Source of the DNA: Vulcanimicrobiota bacterium
GTDB taxonomy: Bacteria; Vulcanimicrobiota; Vulcanimicrobiia; Vulcanimicrobiales; Vulcanimicrobiaceae
Reading direction: 5' to 3'
DNA length: 16,631 nucleotides
Assembly: GCA_003135555.1 (NCBI GenBank)
Contig: PLCF01000011.1
Coordinates: forward strand, 1-16,631
Shown: positions 1-7,616 of the stretch, piece after piece
Layout of the letters: the number at the start of each line of letters is the position of its first letter
How positions within the stretch are numbered: the stretch's first letter is position 1
Translations under genes and position numbers: made by a program
Notes under the pieces: model-generated
Database searches by the model: none
Seen by the model: the letters and a program-made list of their open reading frames with translations, nothing else
What the model was told of the DNA's origin: nothing

Positions 1-11
1 AAACCGCGGGG

Positions 12-1178
12 TCACTTCACACCGTCTGAATCGCTAGCCGGCACCATCTTTCCATAGCGAGCGTCCATTCGTCGCGCTGCGTCGATGAACTCGGGAGGCG
101 TTACATCCGTGTAGACGTCTCCAGTGGTGGTCAGGGACGAATGCCCCATGGCGCGGGACGTCACAAGAAGCGTCACGCCGGCTGCTTGCATTAGATTACT
201 ATATGTGTGGCGCAGCCCATGAAACGACACCGCCGGCAACTTACGAGTGTGAACCAGGTGGTAGAACATCGACGATAGTGCATCCGGGCTCCAGTACCCG
301 CCGGTCTTCCAATCGGGGAAGAGCGCCTCGGGTACGCGGGCGATCCCGAAATGATCTTCCACCTCTCTGCGATGGCGTTGCAATTCGGCTAGCACGAATG
401 AGGGCAGCACCACGGGCCGTCTTGAGTGATTCGTCTTGGGCACCTTGAGCCGAAGCGACTTGTCGCGCGCCTCGTCGAGCGAACGGCTCACTGAAAGCAC
501 GCCGGACTGCAGGTCTAAGTCGCTCCACATCAGACCCAAGACCTCGCCGCGCCGTAAGCCTCCGAACGCGGCCACCATGGCGGGACAGTAGACGATCGTC
601 CCATGGAGCCCCGCGAACAGGCGTTGAATCGAGCTCGCCGAGAGGCCTTCGATCTTTTGCCCGCCTTTCGGTACCGATTCAACGAGGTCGCACGGATTGC
701 GTGCGAGCCATTGCGACCGAACGCCGAATCTGAGGACGACTCGCAGCGTCGAGTAGAGATGATGGACGGTCCGCTGTGAAAGCCGGCCTCGCTTTCGGTC
801 TCGCCGCGGCATCGTTGTCCACCTTGCCAGGGCTTCGTCGACGAGCTTCGGAGTGAGCCGCGACAGCCGCACCGGACCAAGCACCGGACGCAAGTGGTGG
901 TTAGCGATCGCCTCATAGCGCTCCAGCGTGGCTCGTTCGACGCGCTCGCGACGAGTCGAAAGCCACCGGTCCAAGAGATCTGAAACCGTCGCTGTACCAG
1001 GGTTGGCATACTCCCCGCGCAGCAAGTCGGCTTTGAAGCGATCGAGAGCGGCCTCAGCCTCTCGCTTCGTCCCTTTGATGGTGAGGCGCTTTTGGGTCCG
1101 GCGGCCGCTGAGCCCGGCCGGCAGCGTGATCCGGACAGTCCAGGAGTCCTTTCCACCCCGGACGAGCTTTGCTGACAA
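12..1178 (-). CDS. Tyrosine integrase, phage/ICE type (about 388 aa)
   Basis: Catalytic motifs GLRRGE (R), VPKT (K), FHGLRH (HxxR), MGHSS (H), DVY (Y); N-terminal arm-binding region KGTKREAE. Start reassigned from 1358 to TTG at 1178, which has a GGAGGG Shine-Dalgarno (rc of 1185-1190) and removes overlap with the XRE gene. Confidence 0.95.
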   Translation of the reverse strand: MSAKLVRGGKDSWTVRITLPAGLSGRRTQKRLTIKGTKREAEAALDRFKADLLRGEYANPGTATVSDLLDRWLSTRRERVERATLERYEAIANHHLRPVLGPVRLSRLTPKLVDEALARWTTMPRRDRKRGRLSQRTVHHLYSTLRVVLRFGVRSQWLARNPCDLVESVPKGGQKIEGLSASSIQRLFAGLHGTIVYCPAMVAAFGGLRRGEVLGLMWSDLDLQSGVLSVSRSLDEARDKSLRLKVPKTNHSRRPVVLPSFVLAELQRHRREVEDHFGIARVPEALFPDWKTGGYWSPDALSSMFYHLVHTRKLPAVSFHGLRHTYSNLMQAAGVTLLVTSRAMGHSSLTTTGDVYTDVTPPEFIDAARRMDARYGKMVPASDSDGVK

Positions 1179-1259
1179 TCGAGACCCTCCTATCGGTATA
1201 GACGGTAGTATACTTATTGGCACAAGGTAGCACGGCCTCCCACGGGACAACCCAACCTC

Positions 1260-1637
1260 GTGCCCAAACCCGTGGGTCAGCTCTTGCAGGCTGCGCGCCG
1301 GCGCGCGAAACTCACGCAGTCTCAGCTGGCCAAAAGCGCGGGCCTTGCCGCCAATCATCTCGCTCGGCTGGAGCGCGGCGACAAGGCGTACCCCCGATTC
1401 GACACAGTCGCCAAGATTGCGGCCCAGTTGGGGGTCTCGTTGGATTGGCTTGCCACGGAGTGCGGCCTGGTCAGCGGCCCTCGCCGGCCGCCTGCAGCGG
1501 CCCTACGGCGTGTCCTGACGGCCCTCACTGCCGGCGCCGAGCGAAATAAGCAGACCCAGGTCGAGCTCGCGGAGGCGGCGCAGGAGCTGCGCGCGGCGCT
1601 GGGGCTCGAGCCCGCCCGCCGACGGACCCGCCAGTAG
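1260..1637 (+). CDS. XRE/Cro-CI family HTH transcriptional regulator
   Basis: LQAARRRAKLTQSQLAKSAGLAANHLARLERG...PRFDTVAKIAAQLGVSLDWL is a typical HTH_3 pattern; divergent from the integrase. Confidence 0.92.
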   Translation: MPKPVGQLLQAARRRAKLTQSQLAKSAGLAANHLARLERGDKAYPRFDTVAKIAAQLGVSLDWLATECGLVSGPRRPPAAALRRVLTALTAGAERNKQTQVELAEAAQELRAALGLEPARRRTRQ

Positions 1638-1785
1638 TCAGAAACCGCGTGAGTGCTGCGGCGAGGACGTAGTCCCGACCGCCGATCCGCAGGCCCAGAG
1701 AGGTCATTACGTGGTCGACCTGGCGGCGGCCGAACCCGGTCCGGGCCGCGAGCTCCTTGCGGGACAGAAGCTGTTCTGGTTGCAT
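1525..1785 (-). CDS. Putative excisionase/AlpA-like HTH protein
   Basis: LLSRKELAARTGFGRRQV...LRIGGRDYV...LTRFL resembles Xis-type winged HTH. The low-complexity tail overlaps the XRE 3' end convergently by 113 bp. Confidence 0.55.
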   Translation of the reverse strand: MQPEQLLSRKELAARTGFGRRQVDHVMTSLGLRIGGRDYVLAAALTRFLTTGGSVGGRARAPAPRAAPAPPPRARPGSAYFARRRQ

Positions 1786-1872
1786 CGCGTATCCGATAGT
1801 CCTAGAGACAGCGGACGAGGTTCATGGTGTCCGCCTGGTGTTAGTACGGCCTAAGGTACGGGTGGCTATGGG

Positions 1873-2775
1873 ATGGCGCGAGAGCAAAAGCCAAAGAGTT
1901 TTGCGGGACGAGCTCGACCCGGGCTAAATCAGCCGTTCCACCCGGAACGATGGGCCCGCTGGCTGGAGCGCTGTCGATCGACGCTCGAGCTCTCGAAGCC
2001 TCAGTTCGTTCGAGCGATCCAAGAAGCAGCGGCGCCCCTTGTACCGCTGCCATCCCGTGGCCGAAACTGGGCGGTCACCGAGGTCTATCCCAAGACCGCT
2101 CGTGGAAGCACGCGTCGCGGGTGGCAAGCATACTGGATCGGCGAGGCGATCCGCGAAATTCAAAAAGAACGACTGTACTATTGGTTGTGGACGAGCGGGC
2201 TCGAGAGTCTGTCGTTCGGCGGCTACTTCGGCGATTTGATTGCAGTCATCGGGCTCACCGTCGGCGAGGAGGCCCTAACAGAGGACGTCCTGGAGGACGC
2301 ATTGACCGTCGCGAATCCCGCATCGGCGTGCATCATCGAGGTCCCCGGCATCGAAGGGCGAGCGACGACGAATGGGGCGTACGAGGAAATGCTCGACGAA
2401 TGGGACTTCTGCTTCCGCCTGCGCGACACCACGCCGTTTTCCGCGTCCCTTTCACGCTGGATGCGCAGCAGCCGCCAACTCATGCTTCCATGGGCGTTCG
2501 ATGCTGCGCGAGCCTGCGTAAGCAACGGAGACGAAGTTCACGCGCTGGAACTCCTCCGCTCCGCGGTCGTCATTAGATCGATCGAGCGCTTTGGCAACGC
2601 GCCCCCGGAATCGACGTGGCTACGTGGTCCCGGCCTCGCACTTCAGAGCAATCGCGCGTGGGGCATCGATGACTTCCACTCCGTCCACGTGCTGGGGCAG
2701 GCCCCGTATCGACCATCTCCCCGCCAGCACCTCCGCATCTTCGCCGAGTTCAAGCTCCCGGAACGAGAGGATTGA
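1873..2775 (+). CDS. Hypothetical protein (300 aa), possible N-terminal HTH
   Basis: Long ORF with protein-like composition; WLERCRSTLELSKPQFVRAI resembles the first helices of an XRE-like HTH (weak). Confidence 0.7.
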   Translation: MAREQKPKSFAGRARPGLNQPFHPERWARWLERCRSTLELSKPQFVRAIQEAAAPLVPLPSRGRNWAVTEVYPKTARGSTRRGWQAYWIGEAIREIQKERLYYWLWTSGLESLSFGGYFGDLIAVIGLTVGEEALTEDVLEDALTVANPASACIIEVPGIEGRATTNGAYEEMLDEWDFCFRLRDTTPFSASLSRWMRSSRQLMLPWAFDAARACVSNGDEVHALELLRSAVVIRSIERFGNAPPESTWLRGPGLALQSNRAWGIDDFHSVHVLGQAPYRPSPRQHLRIFAEFKLPERED

Positions 2776-2816
2776 GCGAATTGCCAAACACCGCTGGAAT
2801 CGCGAAAGGGCGGAGA

Positions 2817-2848
2817 TTGCGTTTAACAGACTTAGCTTGGCTTGATAC
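2817..2848 (+). repeat. 32-bp inverted repeat, left copy
   Basis: TTGCGTTTAACAGACTTAGCTTGGCTTGATAC matches the reverse complement of 4934-4965 at 31/32 positions. Confidence 0.97.
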
Positions 2849-2851
2849 CAT
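2823..2851 (+). promoter_or_regulatory. Sigma70-like promoter, probably leaderless transcript for the 2860 ORF
   Basis: TTAACA (2823-2828), 17-bp spacer ending in TGn, TACCAT (2846-2851); ATG 8 nt downstream with no Shine-Dalgarno. Confidence 0.6.
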
Positions 2852-2859
2852 TGTGAACT

Positions 2860-3870
2860 ATGGATGAAGCCTTTAGCGAGCAGTGCCACGCCGAGTTGTC
2901 GGCGTTGCGCGCGACCGACCTCATGGCCGCCGGGATCGCAACCGATCGGCACCTGTTCTACTGCTTGGACGATAACTGTGGAGCGCCGCTCCGGCTTGAC
3001 TCAACGGCGTCCTCCAAGAAGGCGCCGTACTTCATCAGCTGCGCAACGCCCGCGTGCCTGAAACGGCGCGGCCGTACACACGATCCCTCGAACACGCCAG
3101 TTCAATATCACCGTCCGGACTGCGAATACGTGTCCGGCGACACCGGAGGAAGTCAGCAGCACGCCTACTCGGTCTACCTGAGTGGTGACCTGACGTTGGA
3201 TCCCGGAGGTGAAAGCGCCCCTTCAAAGGCCGCAGCGCGTGGCTCAGGCAGTCCCGCGCCGCTCCGAACGCCGCGCGTCCCGATAAACGAACGGCTCAAG
3301 CTGCGATCGCTCGTCGACTACATGGTCGGCTGGAACTCGCGCACTATTGCAAGGGCGTCAATCGACCTGCAAGGGAAGCCCCGGCTCTTGCGGACACTTT
3401 TCGTGCCGGCGCATTGGCTTCCGGAATTTGACCTGCGGAATGGGCGCGTGCGCTGGCCAGAATGGGTTGGCAAGGTCCGCTACTTCGATGCTACAGCGTT
3501 CGCAGTGATCGCGTACGGCGAAGCCGAGCTCGTCGACGTGCGCGCTGACCTTCCGGCAATTCGCTTCATGCAGCCTGCTCTCCAGCGCCGAGGCGTTGCA
3601 GCTTCGCTCGACGAGAAATTGTACGAGCGTTCGGCGTTTCAGCGTCGTTTCGCGCGCGATCTGGCCGCGACGGGATGGGTCCGGGGCAAGACGGTCCGCG
3701 CGTACGCCTACGTGATGGGAACGGTCCGGATGGATGCAACCTACGTGCGAGTTGACCTGCTCACCACGTTTGAAAACGTGCGAATCTTTCCGATAGGCCA
3801 CGGTGCCGTCCCCGGGCTAGTTGCTGCGCACGAGCCCCTTGAGCTAACCCACGAGTTGAAGACGCTTTAG
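2860..3870 (+). CDS. Hypothetical protein (336 aa) with N-terminal Cys/His putative zinc-binding domain
   Basis: FYCLDDNC...PYF..C...C...H.PDC; layout loosely like the CoiA N-terminal zinc module. Confidence 0.75.
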   Translation: MDEAFSEQCHAELSALRATDLMAAGIATDRHLFYCLDDNCGAPLRLDSTASSKKAPYFISCATPACLKRRGRTHDPSNTPVQYHRPDCEYVSGDTGGSQQHAYSVYLSGDLTLDPGGESAPSKAAARGSGSPAPLRTPRVPINERLKLRSLVDYMVGWNSRTIARASIDLQGKPRLLRTLFVPAHWLPEFDLRNGRVRWPEWVGKVRYFDATAFAVIAYGEAELVDVRADLPAIRFMQPALQRRGVAASLDEKLYERSAFQRRFARDLAATGWVRGKTVRAYAYVMGTVRMDATYVRVDLLTTFENVRIFPIGHGAVPGLVAAHEPLELTHELKTL

Positions 3871-3881
3871 GAAAGCCCACC

Positions 3882-4397
3882 CTAGAGGATGTCGCCGCGC
3901 CGCCAAGACCAGACCAACGCCATCTCACCTAGCCGGATCGAACCCGCGAGGTCCGGATCGAGTAGTACGGCCACGAATCCGTGAATTGTCTCTATCACGA
4001 TGTAGCCGAGCAAATGGGATTGCCGGTAGACCGTTCCGCGGTCTAACCGTCCCTCCCCAAACATCGGATCGCCACTTTCCCTGCTCTTAACGAAGCCGCG
4101 CAGCGTCCCCGGCGGAAGCTCGTCGTCCCTCATTAGCCGGACGTCAAACTCCGCCTCGATGCACTCGCGCAAGTATTGACGACGCGCCGGCTCGTCGTTG
4201 ATCGCGGGAAGCGGCACCGGCGGACGGTCCATGAGTGCGTATAGCCTGTCTGAAGTCTTGGGCCGCGGGTGCAACAGGCTATGCACCTTGAACCGAGCTG
4301 AGAGCACCCATTCCCGGAGCAGCTGCCGAAGCGTCACACCGTCGGGGCAATCCACGTAGACGCCGGATTTCACCACCCGTATACCGAGCAGGTCCAC
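3882..4397 (-). CDS. Hypothetical protein (about 171 aa)
   Basis: In-frame GTG at 4397 lies 1 nt after the TAA of the upstream HTH gene, suggesting translational coupling. Confidence 0.65.
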   Translation of the reverse strand: MDLLGIRVVKSGVYVDCPDGVTLRQLLREWVLSARFKVHSLLHPRPKTSDRLYALMDRPPVPLPAINDEPARRQYLRECIEAEFDVRLMRDDELPPGTLRGFVKSRESGDPMFGEGRLDRGTVYRQSHLLGYIVIETIHGFVAVLLDPDLAGSIRLGEMALVWSWRRGDIL

Positions 4398-4398
4398 G

Positions 4399-4776
4399 TT
4401 AGCCGTCGTAGCCCAGGTCCGCAAACAGCGGCCGCGTCAGCACGAGCTTACGGCGCCCGATCGTCTTGACTCTGATCTGACCGTCATCCACCGCAGCGTA
4501 TGCCGTCGCCCGCGAGATACCCAACACAAAGGCGGCATCCTCTACGGTCATCGTCGGAAGCTGGCGGAGATCTTCGATGTATTGTCCGCGCTCTCGCGCG
4601 ACGCGTGCGTCCTTTCCGATCGCTCGTCTCCTTACGGCTCGAGGTTTGGTCGCCGCCGCCGGCAGCGCGCTCGATCGAGCCGCGCCCTTTGACGGTGTTC
4701 CGGTAGTGGCACTCTTCGCGGTGACCTCTGACCCGGCTGCAACCGAACGCGTACGAATTCGACCGTTAGCGACCAT
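4399..4776 (-). CDS. Excisionase-family (HTH_17-like) DNA-binding protein
   Basis: C-terminal TMTVEDAAFVLGISRATAYAAVDDGQIRVKTIGRRKLV is a classic excisionase/MerR-like HTH; basic Ala-rich N-terminal extension, start uncertain. Confidence 0.85.
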   Translation of the reverse strand: MVANGRIRTRSVAAGSEVTAKSATTGTPSKGAARSSALPAAATKPRAVRRRAIGKDARVARERGQYIEDLRQLPTMTVEDAAFVLGISRATAYAAVDDGQIRVKTIGRRKLVLTRPLFADLGYDG

Positions 4777-4787
4777 TTTCGACCGTT
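4758..4787. repeat. Three tandem 10-bp repeats over the HTH_17 start codon
   Basis: TTCGACCGTT / AGCGACCATT / TTCGACCGTT. Confidence 0.75.
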
Positions 4788-4831
4788 TGTGTCATCGCGT
4801 GATGTCCCGTCATCTTGAGTTTTGGCAAACA

Positions 4832-4861
4832 TTGACGCCCCGACACCGCGCCGGGTACAGT
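4832..4861 (+). promoter_or_regulatory. Candidate sigma70 promoter inside the IR-bounded segment, pointing toward the recombinase pair
   Basis: TTGACG, 18 bp, TACAGT. Confidence 0.45.
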
Positions 4862-4870
4862 CGGGTGCGA

Positions 4871-4896
4871 GTCGGCGGGCCGAGCGGTCTGCCGAC
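4871..4896 (+). other. 11-bp stem-loop
   Basis: GTCGGCGGGCC-GAGC-GGTCTGCCGAC with two G-U wobbles on the + strand; no U-tract. Confidence 0.6.
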
Positions 4897-4930
4897 GCCT
4901 CTCCCGTAGCACTGCGTCCAAAGTAGAACG

Positions 4931-4959
4931 AATGTATCAAGACAAGCTAAGTCTGTTAA
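4931..4959 (-). promoter_or_regulatory. Sigma70-like promoter within right IR, toward the HTH_17 operon
   Basis: Minus strand: TTAACA, 17-bp spacer ending in TGn, TACATT. Confidence 0.55.
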
Positions 4960-4965
4960 ACGCAA
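4934..4965 (-). repeat. 32-bp inverted repeat, right copy
   Basis: GTATCAAGACAAGCTAAGTCTGTTAAACGCAA is the reverse complement of 2817-2848 with one mismatch. Confidence 0.97.
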
Positions 4966-5168
4966 CAAGCCCGAGCGCCGAAAATAGCGCCATCGTGCGG
5001 CGTTCGGGGCAAACGGCCACGCTCGCCCACCGGCGCCGGCGCGCGCGCAACAGCGCGCTCGTGCGCGAGTTGTTGGGCGAGATCGACCTCCCTGCCGACA
5101 CCGGCGAGGCCGGCTACGCGCAGACCGCGGCGCATGGAATCGACGTCGTGGCGCTTTTTGCGGACCCC

Positions 5169-5197
5169 TTGCCAAGTGGGATAGTGTGTGATATACC
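5169..5197 (+). promoter_or_regulatory. Candidate promoter for recombinase pair
   Basis: TTGCCA, 17-bp spacer ending in TGn, TATACC, 40 nt upstream of ATG 5238. Confidence 0.45.
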
Positions 5198-5237
5198 CAG
5201 CGGCACGGGTTGCTCCCAGACACCCAAGGACGATCGA

Positions 5238-6218
5238 ATGAACGAGCTACCCGAAGCGCTCGTCGACGCGATCGACGCGGGATCATCCCAGTTGGGCCGC
5301 CTGAGTCCTCAGGTCGCCTACTATCTGCGGAACTCCCGCGCCCCGTCGACCCGAGCGCTTTATCGCTGGGCCTGGAACCGCGTCCTGCGCGCCTGTCGCG
5401 CCATGAGCCGCTGCCCCCTGCCCATGACCGAAGCCTGCGCCGCGATGGTGATCGTCGACGCCGTCAACGACGGCCTCGTGTTCGGCTCCATCCGCATCAT
5501 CGCCACGGTGATCTCGGTAGCGCACGAAATTGCCAAACAGCCCGATCCCACCAAGACCGAGGCGTTCCGCAGCGTCATCCGGGGCATCGGGCGCGCGCTC
5601 ACGCATCAGCAAGATCAGAAAGTGGCGCTCACGCCGGACGAGCTGCGGCTCATTCGGGACTCCTGCGCCGCTGATCCCAATCGCGCGCGCGGGACGCGCG
5701 ACTGGGCGCTGGTGTCGTTTGGCTTCGCCGGCGCCTTCCGACGCAGCGAGATCATCGCGCGCAACACCGCAGACTTGGAGTTCCTGGCTCAGGAACTGCG
5801 GGTCTATATCGATCGCAGCAAGACCGACCAGTTCGGTCGCGGCGCCTACATCACGATTCGCCCCGCGAACGATCCCAAGGTCTGTCCGATCGACGCGATG
5901 CGCTCATGGCTAGCGATCCTGCCGGGGCCGGGGCCACTCTTCCGGCGCGTCACTGCCCACAACACCGTCAACCCTGCGCGTCTGTCGGCCTACTCCGTGA
6001 CGAGCATCGTCAAGGGCTTCGGCGTCGTTCTCGAGCTACCCGAGGACCGGCTGGGCGCACACTCCTTGCGCGCCGGAATGATCACGGCCCTCATGGAGGC
6101 CGGCGTGTCCAACGTGCTCACGATGGATCACAGCCGGCATAAGTGCGACGATACGCTGCGGCGCTACTATCGGCCGCGACGCTCGGCCGTGAACTATACC
6201 GCGATGGCGGGACTGTAA
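5238..6218 (+). CDS. Cre-like tyrosine recombinase, catalytically intact (about 326 aa)
   Basis: RDWALVSFGFAGAFRRSE (R), RSKTDQFGRG (K), CPIDA, HSLRAG (HxxR), SRHK (H), LRRY (Y). Start reassigned from 4932 to ATG 5238 with AAGGA Shine-Dalgarno at 5226-5230. Confidence 0.93.
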   Translation: MNELPEALVDAIDAGSSQLGRLSPQVAYYLRNSRAPSTRALYRWAWNRVLRACRAMSRCPLPMTEACAAMVIVDAVNDGLVFGSIRIIATVISVAHEIAKQPDPTKTEAFRSVIRGIGRALTHQQDQKVALTPDELRLIRDSCAADPNRARGTRDWALVSFGFAGAFRRSEIIARNTADLEFLAQELRVYIDRSKTDQFGRGAYITIRPANDPKVCPIDAMRSWLAILPGPGPLFRRVTAHNTVNPARLSAYSVTSIVKGFGVVLELPEDRLGAHSLRAGMITALMEAGVSNVLTMDHSRHKCDDTLRRYYRPRRSAVNYTAMAGL

Positions 6219-7141
6219 TGGCACGCGTCGTCTGCCGGCCCGGCACGCTACCCGTCGCCCAACTCCCCGACGATGCGCGGGCGTTCGCGGAACTGCCGTA
6301 TGCGCCGTTCACCGAAGAGGCTCGGCAGTTCCACTTGCGGGCGTACGAACGATGGTGCGCGGGCCGCGCACGAGTGCCCTGGCCGACGAGCCTCCAGACG
6401 CTGCTCGAGTTCGCGGCCGACCGCGCTCCGGGCCGTTCGTACTACACGATTCGCGAGCACGTGCGCGTCGTCTCGATGGTCGAGCGCGCGCGCAGCGGGA
6501 TCGATCTGTATGCGCATTGCGCCATGCGCAAGGCACTCGAGGGCATCAAGCGGGACTGTCCGCCACGCCCAGTCGCGCCGCTGCGCCCGTCCCAAATCAG
6601 CCTGCTCTTCGCCTACCGCCCCAAGACAGCGGCGCACCAGGTGATCCGTACGATGGCCCTTCTTTCCTACGCGGCCGGCTTTACGCTATCGGAGCACCAC
6701 AAATTCCGCTGCGAGATGGTGACCTTAACTGACGAGGGGGCGACAATCGAAGGCTTGGGCGACGATCGGCCCCTGTTTCACATTGGCCCCGCGCAGGACG
6801 CTGAACGCTGTCCGGTTCGCGCGCTGCGCGCTACGATCGGTCGACGTTCGGACGGGTACGTGTACACCACCGTGCGATCCCGTCGCCTCGATAAGCACTT
6901 TAGCTATGACGGGCTGGGGCAGGAGCTCGCGCGATACGGAAGGGCAGCGGGAGTAACGCCGCTGAGCAACGACCGAATCCGGATCGCGGGCCTGGTCGAG
7001 CAAGCTCGAAACATCGACATCGTACGCCTGGCGCACTTCCACGGATATCGCTCGGTCAACACGCTCGCGGGATTGCTCGGTCGCTACATCGAGGTGAACG
7101 CCGCACTGCGGTGGAGCACTGCTCGTCGCGAGAAATGGTAA
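6218..7141 (+). CDS. Cre-like tyrosine recombinase paralog with degenerate active site (about 307 aa)
   Basis: TAATG stop/start overlap with the upstream gene; collinear similarity to it (APST/APFT, CPLP/VPWP, RGIGR/EGIKR, IRPANDPKVCPIDAMR/IGPAQDAERCPVRALR) but catalytic motifs altered. Confidence 0.85.
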   Translation: MARVVCRPGTLPVAQLPDDARAFAELPYAPFTEEARQFHLRAYERWCAGRARVPWPTSLQTLLEFAADRAPGRSYYTIREHVRVVSMVERARSGIDLYAHCAMRKALEGIKRDCPPRPVAPLRPSQISLLFAYRPKTAAHQVIRTMALLSYAAGFTLSEHHKFRCEMVTLTDEGATIEGLGDDRPLFHIGPAQDAERCPVRALRATIGRRSDGYVYTTVRSRRLDKHFSYDGLGQELARYGRAAGVTPLSNDRIRIAGLVEQARNIDIVRLAHFHGYRSVNTLAGLLGRYIEVNAALRWSTARREKW

Positions 7142-7309
7142 GTGGTTCCAAGCGGACCCACAGCGCAACGCAGCGTCGCGACGATGCGCTCGCGGCGGGC
7201 GGTCATGTCGAGTCCGGCAACGCATTGCCAACCAAAGCCAGCCCGTCCCCGCACATTGCCCGTCAGGTCGGGCGGCGGGATCTGAGCTTGTCGCCGGGCA
7301 CCAGGGCGC

Positions 7310-7490
7310 CGCCGAGAACGTGCGACGGTTGAGCGCCGCGAACCGCCGAGACCGCCAGACCCTGACACGTCCGCCGAGCAGAATGGAGCGCCTTAAGGTC
7401 ATCTGTTGTGCGGACGTGGCCTAGACGTCCCTGCGGCCGGGAAGCCCGGCCGTCGAGCGCGTGCGTAAGCGCTAGGCTTGCCCGCGCGCG
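7310..7490 (+). repeat. Diverged direct repeat, copy 1
   Basis: Three collinear blocks against 16095-16258: 32/39, 28/32 and 74/81 identities. Confidence 0.95.
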
Positions 7491-7616
7491 CCCCGCTTAC
7501 CAGAGGTCCTTCGCCGCAAGGAATCGCGGGCTTGGTCGGCCTACCGGTGCACGAGGACCCCCCAAGGTCTTGGCGGAGGGTCTTTCACCGTTTCGACGGG
7601 TAAGGACGGACGAGCA

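Noticed and set aside
1179..1358. N-terminal 60-aa extension of the integrase in the ORF track
   Set aside because: Overlaps the divergent XRE gene; TTG 1178 has a strong Shine-Dalgarno and starts at the arm-binding domain.
4932..5237. N-terminal 102-aa extension of recombinase 1
   Set aside because: Runs through the IR and promoter candidates; ATG 5238 has a Shine-Dalgarno and gives a length matching the paralog.
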